Source of the DNA: the human T2T-CHM13v2.0 reference genome, Homo sapiens | NCBI RefSeq assembly: GCF_009914755.1 | Contig: NC_060938.1 | Length of the DNA: 64,000 nt | Reading direction: 5' to 3' (one strand) | In this document: positions 1 to 13,797 of the stretch, one piece after another | Layout of the letters: each line of letters opens with the position of its first letter | Numbering within the stretch: the first letter of the stretch is position 1 | Position numbers and translations under genes: made by a program | The notes under the pieces: model-generated | Databases searched by the model: none | Seen by the model: the letters and a program-made list of their open reading frames with translations, nothing else | What the model was told of the DNA's origin: nothing

Positions 1-831
1 AATATATTTTCAATTCATTTGGGTAAATGAATGCAGTTTCTGGATTATATGGTAAGAGTGTGTTTAGTTTTGTAAGAAACTGCCAAACTCTCTTCCAGAG
101 TGGCAATACTATTTTGTATTCTCACCAGTAATGAATGAGAGTTCTTTTTGCTCCTTTTGTCTATTTTTTAAATTGGGTTATCTGTCTTTTTATTACTGAC
201 TTGTAAGAGTTCTTTATATATTCTAGATATAAGTCCCTCATTGGGTGCATGATTTGCAGAATTTCTCCCCATCCTGTGGGTTGTCTTTATTTTCTTGTTG
301 GTGTCCTTTGAAGCACAAATTAAAATTTTTATAAAGTCCAGTTTATGTCTTTTTTCTTTTGTTACTAGTTCTCTTAGTGTCTTGTCTAAAAAGCCTTTGC
401 CTAACCCAAGGTCATGATTCATTCCTATGAATGATTCTTCAAAGAGTTTTATAGTTTTAGCTGTTTTATCCATTTAAAATTAACTTTTATATGTGATGTA
501 AGTTCGGAGTCCAGCTACACTTTTTGTATAGGGATAATCCTGCTGTCCCAGCACCATTTGTTGGAAAGAGTACTCTTTCCCCCATTGAATTGGCACTTTT
601 ATTGAAATTAACTGGCCATAAAAATGAAGGCTGATTCTTGGGCACTCAATTCTGTTTTAGTGATCTGCATTTGTATCCTCATGCCAGTACTACACTGTCT
701 TGATTACCGTAGCTGTGAAGGAAAATTTGAAAACAGAAAGTGTGAGTCCTCCAACTTTGTTCTTTTCTTCGAGATTGTTTTGTCTATTCTGGGTCCCTTG
801 TATTTTCATATGAATTTTAGGATTGGCTTAT

Positions 832-848
832 TTTTTTCTTTTCTTTTC

Positions 849-880
<32 letters not shown>

Positions 881-1162
881 GAGACAGACTCTTGCTCTGT
901 CACCCAGGCTGGACTGCTATGGTACAATCTCAGCTCACTGCAACCTCTGCCTTACAGGTTCAAGCGATTCTCCTGAGTCAGCCTCCTGAGTAGCTGGGAT
1001 TACAGGCGTGCATCAGCATGCCCGGCTAATTTTTGTATTTTTAGTAGAGATGGGGTTTCACCATGATGGCCAGACTGGTCTCGAACTCCTGACCTCAGAT
1101 GATCTGCCCACTTTGTCCTCCCAAAGTGCTGGGATTACAGGTGTGAGCCACTGCACCTGGCC
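832..1162 (-). mobile_element. Alu (S-like)
   Basis: Full dimer consensus with poly(T) on the left. Confidence 0.95.
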
Positions 1163-1454
1163 GGTGGAATTGTTTCCTTAATTTCATTTTTGAATTGTTT
1201 ATTGCTAGTGTACAGAAATACAGTTGATTTGTGTATATAGATCTTATATGCTGCAACCATGCTGAACTGGTTTATTATTTCTAATAGTTTTAGTAGATTC
1301 ATTCTGTTTTTCTACATATGAGATAATATTATCTGGAAATAGAGGTAATTTTACTTTTTCCTTTCCAATCTAGATTATTTTTATTTCATTTTCTTGCCTA
1401 CTTGACCTGGCTAGAACCTCCAGTACAATGTTAAATGGAAGTGGCAAGAGTGGA

Positions 1455-1755
1455 TTTTTTTTTTTTTTTTTTTAGATGAGGGTCTAGCTCCGTCACCTAG
1501 GCTGTAGTGCAGTGGCATGATCTCGGCTCACCACAGCCTTGACCACCAGGGCTCAAGCAATCCTCCCACCTCAGCCTCCTGAGTAGCTGGGACCACAGGT
1601 GTGCACCACCATGCCAGACTAATTTTTTGTATTTTTGTAGAAACAGGGTTTTGCCGTGTTGCCCAGTCTGGTCTTGAACTCCTGGGCTCAAGTGATCTGC
1701 CTGCCTTGGCCTCCCAAAGTGCTGGGATTACAAGCATGAGCCACCGCGCCCAGCC
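1455..1755 (-). mobile_element. Alu (J-like)
   Basis: Dimer; flanking AGAGTGGA direct repeat. Confidence 0.95.
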
Positions 1756-1870
1756 TGAGAGTGGACATTTTTGTCTTGCTCCTGATCTTAGGGAAATAGT
1801 TTTCAGTCTTTTACTATTAAGTATGATGTTAGCTGTGGTTTTTTTTTTTTAAATAGATGCCCTTTATCAG

Positions 1871-2043
1871 GAGTGTCTAAGGAGAAGAGAGACAGCAACA
1901 AGCAATGGAAAAATAGATGTTGATGGGTATCTCATAGAAGGTTCTGTGCCCTACCTTTTGATCAAAGCCCCAAGGACAGGTAAAAACTTGTGACTGTCTA
2001 AGGCATTCAAAAACAGAGCCAGATTGTGCCGTGCTCCATACAG
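1871..2043 (+). pseudogene. Candidate decayed exon A of an unidentified gene (ECLRRRETATSNGKIDVDGYLIEGSVPYLLIKAPRTGKNL*LSKAFKNRARLCRAPY)
   Basis: Repeat-free; 57 codons with a single TGA (1991-1993); ends in CAG|GTAAAA (phase 2); left edge abuts an L1. Confidence 0.55.
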
Positions 2044-2071
2044 GTAAAATCAGAGTTCAAAATAGAAACTG

Positions 2072-2453
<382 letters not shown>

Positions 2454-2502
2454 TTATTAATCACCAAATAACTTTTACATCGGGTTTTTTTTCACTCATA
2501 AG

Positions 2503-2760
2503 TGGTAATGGATATGTATAATAATAATTTCCAGTAACATAATCTTTCTGGATGCCTGTCCTGCTCAGTATGAATCAATTCTGTTTCTTAGTGAATACGT
2601 TTTTAAAATGCTAAAACATTTTTTGGAATTAGCATTGATTTTTTAAGGGAATCTCCTGTGGCTAGAGCAGCGTATCTTTAATTGATTTGGAGTTAGAGAA
2701 TAATACATTTATAGAAAAGACAATCACATTTTACATAAAAATCAATGCCATTTTGCCATG
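2503..2760 (+). pseudogene. Candidate decayed exon B (SGNGYV/IIISSNIIFLDACPAQYESILFLSEYVFKMLKHFLEL...); 3' boundary uncertain
   Basis: T-rich tract plus AAG| acceptor; phase-2 start compatible with exon A; needs at least one frameshift. Confidence 0.4.
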
Positions 2761-2858
2761 TAAAGGCTTCTGGGAAGCTTACTGAAGATGTGAATCTTGA
2801 GGCATTCCCTTTTATACGTTCAAATGAAACATTTATTCATTACTTTCTTATTTTGTAG

Positions 2859-3005
2859 GACTGTTATGTAATCAGAAGCAGGATTTCATGCAAAGTGTGG
2901 ACATACATTATGATTTTCCTAATTACCACACTGCATTTTAATAGAAAAAAACCCATCAAAATTATTGAATTTAGCCCTGGAATTCAAAACAAAAACTATT
3001 TAAAA
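2859..3005 (+). pseudogene. Candidate decayed exon C ((G)LLCNQKQDFMQSVDIHYDFPNYHTAF/NRKKPIKIIEFSPGIQNKNYL); 3' boundary uncertain
   Basis: Strong acceptor TTTCTTATTTTGTAG|; protein-like frames; donor not identified. Confidence 0.35.
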
Positions 3006-3148
3006 TAATATTTTTCCTACGTTTTCAAAAATTTTCCCATTTTGAGAAGCCTACATTATCATATTTCTTTGAGCGCTTACTTTACTTCTTTTTCTTCTTG
3101 AAAACTTAGAAAAGCATTGATACTGGGTATTGTTTTTTACTTTATAAA

Positions 3149-3532
<384 letters not shown>

Positions 3533-3665
3533 GTTATTTAAATGATCACTAGAAATGGTGAATTTTATGGTATGTAAATTATACCTCAATAAAACTGTGT
3601 AAAACAATAATCACCAACAGGTATCTAAAGCCTCACTGACATAAAGTGTCTCACCCATATGACTA

Positions 3666-3779
3666 TCAGGTGCCAACAGGCCCAGTTTCCCCAGGATCGA
3701 GAGGTTTCCCCACACGAGGGACTTGCAGTGCTATAAAACTGGGAAAATCCTGGGAAAACTGGAAGAGGTGGTCACACTG
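3666..3779 (-). mobile_element. MER81-like hAT-Blackjack MITE
   Basis: Degenerate GGTGACCA/TGGTCAC termini; internal GGGACTT..CAGTGCTA..AAAC motif. Confidence 0.65.
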
Positions 3780-4600
3780 TAGTATGGAAGAGATGGCTTT
3801 TCTAGATAGAAAAGAACATTTTTCCCTTCTTGGTAAAGGTTATTTGAGGAGAAACAGAGGTGGTTCTAGCTTCTTGCCCTTCTCAAAGACACTCATTGTA
3901 GCCACTTCTTGACCTCATACTCACTCATGAACACCTTGTCCTTTGACTTCAAACTCCACCACCTCACTGAAATTACCCTCTTGGAGATGACCAATGACTT
4001 TGTAATCACCAAATCCAGTGACTCATCAGTGTCTTCTGCTGATGCCTTTACCCCTTCCTTCTTGCTTTCTGTGGCATAGTATTAGAGTGTTTTTCCTACT
4101 CTCCTTGAACCATTGCTATTGCCTTTGTTAGCTCTGTTTTTTTTTTGTTGTCTAGGTGTAGGCATTTTTCATGGTTCTGTTGTCGGCTCTTTTCTTGCCT
4201 ATATATACTTATGATTTCACCTGTTTCCTTTCTGCATAGATTCCTATTGTCAGTAGCTGTTTTCATGACCAGGACAGCCTTTCCCTCTCAGTATCTATGG
4301 CCCTAATGGGGTAATAGAAGAGAGAAAGACACACACCTGCTTGCACAATCTTAGAAAACTTTATTGTCTTCATAGTGAGTCCTGACATTATAGGGGGCAG
4401 ATATGTAACGTGACACATCAAGACAAATTTATAGTAGTTAACTTTGACAAAGGTTCATATTTCCTGCCTCAGTAAATTGCAAACCCCATGAAAAACTCTG
4501 TATTGTCTCCCTAGCATTTGGCAAAGTGCCTGGTACATAGTAGGCACTAAATAAGGAGCTGTGCATCTTCAATAGCAACACATTTGCTGTTGTTTCTCAG

Positions 4601-5167
4601 TTCAGCCTTTCTTACACCATTCTCAGTCACATGCCAAAATTAGTAGAGGGAGATGGGAAAGGCCTGATTGCCGATGAAGGGGTATGGCCTGAGGGTTCTC
4701 TTAAGTTCTCTCGGTATTTTGTGACATATAGTATTTACCTAGGAGCCCTGGAAAAGTTTCCGGATGGATCTAGATACTTTAAAGATAAAGCTATTCCCAT
4801 CCCAATTTCCATTAAACCTCAAGTTTCCATAAATGATAACAACACTGTGTAACTGTATCCCAGTTCCAAAATAACCACACAATATTCTAAGTAAAGAGGA
4901 AAGCAGGGAAATAGTCTGTAGGGAGCCTAGAAGAAAGGGAGTCAAAGGGGAAGACTCGGACATCATGTCTCTTCTGTTTAGAACGTTGGTGGACAGATCA
5001 TAGCAGATGCTTTACTGCACCTTGGCAAATGTCTCTCTATGGGTCTAATGAGCTGCGTGAGGCTAAGCTAGCCAATGGAGATTGTTCACCTAATTCTATC
5101 TCTGATTTTGTGATCAGCAAGCAGGAGTCAGATTATGTTGTAGCAACCAACATGGACTTTTCTACAG
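4601..5167 (+). pseudogene. Candidate decayed exon D (567 nt)
   Basis: Acceptor TGTTTCTCAG|. 83 open codons (FSLSYTILSHMPKLVEGDG...NDNNTV), a frameshift near 4850, two stops, then 84 open codons (SVGSLEERESKGKTRTSCLFCLERWWTDHSRCF...VVATNMDFST) ending at CAG|GTACGA, phase 1. Confidence 0.65.
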
Positions 5168-5520
5168 GTACGAACTAAGCAATGTGAGCTCTAGAGTTGA
5201 GTTGACAATTATGTTTCTCACTTTAAAGTTTGACTTTACGTTAGTCTGTAGCTGTAGCATGCATTAGTTGTCCCAAGGCCAGTCATCTCTGGATGCACTG
5301 ACAAAATGGAATTTTTCATTTGACCTGCAAAACTGGAAGAATATAGTGGCTACATCAAGGAGACAACACTGTGAAACAGCAAGCTGACCCGAGACAACGT
5401 GTCTGGCTTTCCTTTTCTACCTCTGAAATTCCTATTTCATATCTCTAGCTCTAACTTCTCTTGAGTTCCAGTCATCTGGGCATCTCCACCTTTGTATCCC
5501 AGGCCCATCTCAAACTCATT

Positions 5521-5800
5521 TTTTTTTTTGGTGTCAGGGTCTCACTCGGTCACCCAGGCTGGAGTGCAGTGGTGCAATCATGCTTCACTGCAGTCTCCAC
5601 CTCCCAGGTTCTAGTGATCCTTCCATCTCAGCTTCCTGAGTAGCTGAGATCATATTTTTATTTTTTGTAGAGATGGGGTTTCCCTGTGTTGCCCAGGTTG
5701 GTCTCAAACTGAGACCAGCGATCCTCCTGAGCTCAAGTGATCCTCCCACCTCGGCCTCCCAAAGTGTTGGGATTACAGGTGTGAGCCACCTCAGCTGGCC
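5521..5800 (-). mobile_element. Alu (J-like, internally rearranged) inserted in an L2 relic
   Basis: TSD TCAAACTCATT at 5510-5520 and 5801-5811. Confidence 0.9.
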
Positions 5801-5811
5801 TCAAACTCATT

Positions 5812-6052
5812 CCTAAGTGCAAATTACTAACCTCAAACTTCCAATCCTGTATTGTACCTGCTTTGGATTTCTTCAGAGGACTTCTAGCTTGCATAGCACT
5901 TACTTGTTTTATACATTGTTTGTTTCCCTCCACCACAATATAAGGTCCACGAGACAAGAGTTTGTGTATGTTTTGTTCATTGCTGTATTCCCACTACCAA
6001 CAATAGTGCCTAATATGCAGTGGGTATTCGATGGATATTTGTTGGGTGAATG
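5812..6052 (+). mobile_element. L2 3' end
   Basis: TTGTTCATTGCTGTATTCCCA...ATATTTGTTGGGTGAATG terminal motifs. Confidence 0.7.
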
Positions 6053-6599
6053 GAGTCCTTTCAGTCTTGTTTTCAAATATCTTTTAGGTTAATGTTGTCC
6101 TTTCCCTTCTTATTGACACCATTACGTTAGACTATGAAATAGAATCTACCAAGTCTCATATAATCTAGGTTTCTGTTACTTTAATCCTGTGCATCATTGC
6201 CAGATCAATCCTACTTGGAAATTATCTCTCATTGTGTCACTCCCTTAGTTGTAGCTCAATACTGTTTAAATATAGGATCTTCAGCCAGGCATTTGGAGCT
6301 ACCACAATATGACCCCAATCTGTCACTTCAATTTTCTTTCGTGTGATTCCTTTACAGATGCCTTATAGTACAACCAAATTGGGCTGCTTGTTCTTTGAGT
6401 ATTTCTTGAACTTTACTACCTCTGTACTTCTCCCATTCAGTTACTTTGCTCAGGAATGCCCATTTCCAGCTGTTTCTGTTGGTATTTGCTTTTGTGTAGC
6501 TAATAATATTCATAGATGACTATTTTAAAATTTATCCATTTAAAAAATTGACATTGTGGTCAGATGAGGATTTAGCTCTTTTATACTATCACACTTCAC

Positions 6600-7401
<802 letters not shown>

Positions 7402-7513
7402 TGACATTATAAATATCATAGTGTTCCCCCAGCAAATTTCCTTTCTGATACAGCCTTTTGTTTTTTCACAAATCGGTTATTATCTTATTTGCTCATTTGC
7501 TTAGTTTATGTGG

Positions 7514-7516
<3 letters not shown>

Positions 7517-7550
<34 letters not shown>

Positions 7551-7827
7551 AGATAGATCTCCTCTGTCACCCAGGCTGGAGGACAGTGGCGTGATCTCAG
7601 CTCACTGCAACCTCCGCCTCTCCAGTTCAAGCGATTCTGCTTCTCAGCCTCCCGAGTAGCTGGGACTATAGGCGCATGCCACCATGCCTGGCTAATTTTT
7701 GTTTTTTTGTAGAGACGGGATTTCACCATGTTGGCCAGGCTGGTCTTGAACTCCTGAGCTCCAGTGATCAGCCTGCCCTGGCCTCCTGAAGTGTTGGGAT
7801 TACAGGCGTGAGCCACCATGCCCAGCC
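7517..7827 (-). mobile_element. Alu
   Basis: Dimer consensus with long poly(T). Confidence 0.95.
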
Positions 7828-8227
7828 TATGTGTAACTTTTGCCGCTTCTTCCTAGAAAGACAGTTGAACAGATTAGACATTCTATTTCTTCTGGAAATT
7901 TCCCTCCTGAGTCTTACCGTCTTTTTTTTTTTTTTTTTTTTTTTTCAATCATGCTTAGGAATAGTCTAGGCTTGCATTCAATATCTCTGGAATCCTAAGA
8001 CTTTTTCTTGGTTTACTCCTTTGATTTACTGAAAAATATATAACAGTAGTTTCCTAAGAAGTGAGAGGCAAATTCTTTGAGGTCTTGACTCTCGAAAAAG
8101 TTCTTGATAATTTGGTTGGGTACAGAATACTGTGTTGAAAATGGCTTTTCCCTCAGGATTTTAAAAGCATTGCTTTATTATCTTTTATTATCTTGTGTTT
8201 TTGATGAGAAGTGCAATACCATTCTAA

Positions 8228-8530
<303 letters not shown>

Positions 8531-8684
8531 TTTCCTAACTTTTGAATGTGATTTTAAGAAGTGTTTAGAAGATGAATCTTTGTGTTAGTCGTTTGATTTT
8601 TTTCACTGTGATTGACCTGTGATACATCCTTTCACTCTGGATATCTGTGTCCTTAAGTTCTTATCATTTTTTTTCTTGCAATAT

Positions 8685-9270
8685 TATAGAATACGTTCTT
8701 AGCTGCCTGCTCAACAGACATTCTCTTCATATTCTTTGCTAACAGAATCCCGTTTTTATCCGGGCAACAATGCGTCCAGACCTACAGGATAGATACATCA
8801 TGATTGTTAAAACAAATCATGGTAATCCCCTTTCCGTTTGCCAGATGCAGCATTTACTGTTCCAGCTTACCTTGTAACTAAGGGTGGCTATGTGATACCT
8901 TTCTTCTGGTCAATACGATAAAGGAAGTATTCTCGGGGGAGGAGAGGCTTCAGGGAATGGTTTTATTTTCCAATATAAGCCACAAGCATAGGAAGAGCTT
9001 ATTGTGTTACCACTTTTCTCTTCTTTGGATTTGACTGTGAGAGAGCATATTGTCACCTTAAAATTGTAATAGCCATCTTACAGTCAAGTGGGGACAAGCC
9101 TAAGGCAAAATGCCAAAATACTGAGACTGTCAGAGTTGATTGAGTCAGTACATCAAACCAGGCACAGTTCCTCCAGACTTCATGTTATCTGAGATAATGG
9201 AACACTTTCATTATTTTAGCCAGTTTTTGCGGGTATCTTGTCAGGGGCAGGCAAATGACTTCTGATTGGA
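8685..9270. mobile_element. MLT1-type MaLR LTR relic within decayed L1 sequence
   Basis: CTCCAGACTTCATGTT..GAGATAAT and CAGCCATCTT-type motifs; boundaries approximate. Confidence 0.5.
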
Positions 9271-9908
9271 GCATAGTCCTTTGATAAGTTTTTCTCTTCA
9301 TTTTCCCTGTCTGTTTCTGGAACTTCTATTAGCTGGAGCCCCTGGATTCATTTCTTTACCTTTTCCCCTCTTCCTTTTCCCCATCCCCTTTCTCACTGTT
9401 CTAATTTCCTGGGAAATTTCCTCAATTTTAGCCCCAACCATTCTACTAAATTATTGATTTAAGCCATCAGGTTTTTAATCTCATAAATGTAACATTTTTT
9501 AAGAATTAGAGGCTAGTAATTATTGTTTTGAAAAGTTTTCTTCTGCTACCTGCATTGTCTTTATTTCTTCTGAATTCCTTTTCTACACTGTTGTCTTTAG
9601 GGTAAAGGTATTCCTCAACTGTTGGGTGATACTAGGCTGTCTTTTTATATTTGCAAATGGTTCTTAAAAGTTGATTGGGAGCTTTATGTATATGGATGGA
9701 CTTCCTTATATGTGATGAGGCAGCAAGCAAGCTTTTTTGTTTTTGAGACCCCAAAATAGCAGTTTCTATAGATCTTTTAGGATTTTAAATTTCTTCAAAG
9801 AAAATCATCAAAGGAATATACAGATACATGCAAGCATTCTAGGAGTAGGGTAGGTGAAAGTGATTATAGGCCCCACAGTTTACTACCTAGACTTTCACTT
9901 AATCCTTC

Positions 9909-10339
9909 TGTGATGTACTGCTAAATATTAACAACTAGTTATGTGAAAGGGGGAAAAAAAGACCTGATTTGTAGCATTTGCCAACATCTGTGTGTCATTA
10001 TTCTCAACATGGCCAATTTCAGCCTACCAACATGATGTCATTTAATGTGGAGTTGGGAAGATACACATAGTAGCTTGCCATCATCACATAGTATTTCTAC
10101 CATACGAACACAATAGGCGTAAATAACCTCGAGGAAATAGTAAAATATAGTAAAAATAATTAGGCAGTTATAAGCTTTGAATATTGATTATGTCTGTTTT
10201 TAATACAATTTATTTAATTGTAAGCTTATATAATTTAAGTTTTTTCAATGGCACTGTTTAACAACTGGCTTGCCAAATTCCTGAAAATTTAGCAATCAGT
10301 TCTTGTGAGCTGGTACAAACTAGTTCCAGAGCATCACTG
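9909..10339. mobile_element. Arthur1-like hAT-Tip100 element
   Basis: Terminal inverted repeats GTGATGTACTG... and ...CAGAGCATCACTG. Confidence 0.6.
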
Positions 10340-11092
10340 CTGTTTCCAGTCCTAGGCCCAACCCTCACCATTTACTGTGTCTGGCCTTCCTGATTCTGGA
10401 GCCTCTATTGCTGATTTTCTCCTGAGAATATAGTTCTGGTAGCCTGCAAGGTGTGGTGGTGAAGGATAAAGGATAAAGAGTTATGGCCTAAATGTATGGG
10501 TTGTGACTGAGTAAAACTAGGAATCTATAGCTTATTCTACAGGCTTTTGACAAATCCCTATATTTTCAGCCACCTACCTAAGCACTTGCCTTCGACAGTG
10601 CCTAGCACCACAGATTCCTAAGCCCTCTTTGTCTCTGCCAGTAAAAGAAGCTTCTCTGCAGACACCAAAGAGCAGTGCCTCTGCCTTCCTGGGTCAGGTG
10701 CTGCTGTTCTACCTGCTTCCTCTCTTCTAAGATGTTGACATCACTTCTTGGTTATTATCTTTTCTCCCATTCTCTTTGTCCTTGTGGATTTATGCCTTTT
10801 ATATGTCCTTTCTACATTTTAGTGGCAGCAGATAAATAAGTGTATTCAGTTAGGTTTGTTTAACTGGAAGAATAGCTCAATAAGTATTGCATTTAAAATT
10901 TGTTGAATTGACTTAAGATTCCTGGAGTTGTTGTAGCAGCAACTAAACTCTGTCAATTGTTGCTGCTGTCAGTTAGCAGGAACTCTGTCAATTAGCAGGA
11001 ACTCACCAACTACTGATTTATTTAGTGTATTATTGTATCCTAGGCTATTAGATACCCACTTTGATTTTTCCTCTATTCTTTCCTTAAAATGA

Positions 11093-12840
11093 ACTTTTTA
11101 TTTTAGAGTAGTTTTAGATTTACAGAAAAGTTACAAAGACTGTACAGAATGTTCTCATATACCCTTACCCAATTTTCCCTATTATAAGTATCTTAGTATG
11201 TTACATTTGTCACAATTAATGAACCAATACTGATACATTACTATTAATTAAGGTCCATACTTTATTCAGGTCTCCCTAATTTTTACATAATGTCCTTTTT
11301 CTGCTCCAGGATCCTCTTCAGGATACCACATTACATTTAATCAGCATATCTCCTTAGGCAAGTCTTGGCTGTGACAGTTTTCAGATTTTCCTTGTTTTTG
11401 ATGACTTTGACAATTTTGGAGAGTACAGATTAGGTATATTATAGAATGTCCCTCAACTTGGATTTGTTTTTCTCATCATTAGACTGAAGTTATGGGTTTT
11501 TGGGAGGAGGACCACAGAAGTTAAATGTCATTTTAAATATATCGTATTAAGGGTCTGCAATACTTAATGCAATTCTGATGCTAACCACTTGGAGTAGCAC
11601 AGACTCCAAGTTAAGGTCACAATCCCCAGCAAGACTGCTCTCACTTCAGATGCTAGCCATACGTTTGGGGGTTCCCAGGCCACCCACACTTCTGCCCAAC
11701 TAACTACACATTCAGGGGTTCCCACAAGCCCTTCAGCTTTGATAATTCCCTAGAATGACTCACGGAACTCAGGGAAGATCTATACTTATGATTATAAAGC
11801 ACACAAATCAGGGACAGCCAAGTGAAGAAACACATAGCAAGAGGCCAGGGAGAGCCTCAAACACAAACTTTCATGTCCTCTCCCCATGGAGTCAGAATGT
11901 GTCACGCTCCTGGCACATCAATGTGTTCACAACTGGAAAGCTCTTCTGAGCTGTGGTGTCTGGAGTTTTGAATTAGAATTTCATTACACAGGCATGATTG
12001 ATTGAATTATTAGCCACATTTTTGAACTCAGTGTCTAGGACCCCTCCCCTCCATGGAGTTGATTGAGCTGTGTTGATATCACCTGGCTCAAAATCTCCAA
12101 GTCTCTAATCACATGATTGGTCTTTCTGGCATGCCAGCTCCCATCCTGAACTATCTTATTAGCATAAATTCTATGATCTGAGGGGCTCATGAATAACCGT
12201 CACTCTTATTACTTGGGAAATTCCAAGTACTTGGCATCTTCCTCCCAGGAACCAAGGATGAATGAAGGCCGGTCAAATTCTTTACTATACAGCATACTAT
12301 CAACATGACATATCACTGATGATGGTGACCTTGATCACCAGGCTGAGGTAGTGTTTGTCAGGTTTCTCCACTGTAAAGTTATTCTCTCCCCTCACCTTTT
12401 CCGTACTCTACTCTTTGGAAGGAAGTCACTACAGGCACTTCAGATATAAAAAGTTATGCCCAACCTCCTTGAGGGGTAAATATTTACATTAAATTAATCG
12501 GAATACTTTGACAAGAGAGATTTATATCTTCCTCCTGTTTATCTATTTATTAATGATTTACTTTATATCAGTGTGGGTTCATGAATATTTTATACTTTGG
12601 TTATAATCTAATAGAGCTTTATTTTACTACTCACGTTGTTCTAGCCTTGGTTGTTGGGAAGTCTTGCAGAGGCATCTTGTGTTCCTTTGACTTCCTCCCG
12701 CCACTGTGAATTGTTTTGTTTTTGTTTGTTTTTAGCACTTCCTTTCTTGTACTACAAGATGCTCTAAGCTCATCTTCTGTTTCCTGCCCCAGTCCTAGAG
12801 CCAGCCATTTCTCTAGAGAGCACTGGTTTTTTGAAATTGG
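11093..12840 (-). mobile_element. L1MC-type 3' end interrupted by a MER21-like LTR (about 11556-12293)
   Basis: TTTAGATTTACAGAAAAGTT..GAACCAATACTGATACATTA L1MC motifs; MER21 motifs CACTTCAGATGC..GGGGGTTCCCAGGCCACC. Confidence 0.75.
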
Positions 12841-13007
12841 AGAATACGTTTTATCTACATTCTTTTTAATCATTTTCTTTTCTTTCTGACTTTTGTTTAA
12901 ACTTTATTTTTGGAAATAATATAGCTAGTCAGTGCTCATTCTCATTTTGGGTGAGATTACTGAGATACAGAAACTGTAAATCAGGGTCTGTCTTTCCTCT
13001 TGCACAG

Positions 13008-13262
13008 GAGACAAAAACAGCATTTTAAGTAAAAATTGCAGTTGCAAAGACCCGGAGTGTTTTCTTTTTGATAACCCCCATAATCCCAGAAGGGATGGAA
13101 TTGTCTAAAATGAAAAAGAGAAGCACAGTTCAGGGAGTTGTTGGATGAGACTACGGAAACAGCAAGAGAAAACATGATTTTGACTTCATGATTTTTGTCT
13201 AGAATTTTATTTTGGAGATTTAACACTGGAATTTCATCTCTGGGAGGCCTGGGATATCTATT
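13008..13262 (+). pseudogene. Candidate decayed exon E ((G)DKNSILSKNCSCKDPECFLFDNPHNPRRDGIV*.../REAQFRELLDETTETARENMILTS*FLSRILFWRFNTGISSLGGLG)
   Basis: Strong acceptor TCTTTCCTCTTGCACAG|; the phase-1 frame is open for 32 codons and matches the exon D donor phase; the 3' end runs into L1-like sequence. Confidence 0.55.
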
Positions 13263-13695
13263 TTCTTACCAACATTTTATGTTATGAAGAATTTAAACAT
13301 TTAACAAAGATGAAATAATTTTAGCCTGAAATAATTTTATGGTGAACTCTGTTGATATCACCTAGATTTTATCATTAACTGTTTATACTCCTTGTTCTAT
13401 CACATATCTGTTTATCCCTCTGTCCATCTATTAATCTTCTTATTTTTGATATATTTTAATTGCAGACATCAGTATACTTCCCCCAATACTTCAGCATTTG
13501 TGTCAATAGCTAGAGTTCAATATTTACTTACAGTTTTTAAAATGTAAAATTTATATACAATGAAATGTGCAAAGTGTCCATCCATCAACAGATGAATATA
13601 TAAAGAAAATGTGGTATATATACACAATAGGATATTATTCAGCCATAAACATAAATAAAATATAGTCATTTGCAACAACATGAATAGAAGTGGAG

Positions 13696-13797
13696 CCATG
13701 TTGGCCAGGCTGGTCTCAAACTCTTGACCTCAGGTGATCCGCCTGCCTCAGCCTCCCAAAGTGCTGAGATTACAGGCATGAGCCACTGTGCCCAGCC
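13696..13797 (-). mobile_element. Truncated Alu (left-arm 5' part only)
   Basis: CCATGTTGGCCAGG...CCCAGCC with no right arm or tail. Confidence 0.9.

Larger units (their letters stand above)
1..1870 (-). mobile_element. Old L1 (L1M-type) ORF2 3' region, interrupted by two Alus
   Basis: Antisense L1 motifs (CCAGCACCATTTGTTG, GAACCTCCAGTACAATGTT); the minus-strand ORF 168-473 resembles ORF2p C-terminal sequence (GLISRIYKELLQ). Confidence 0.9.
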
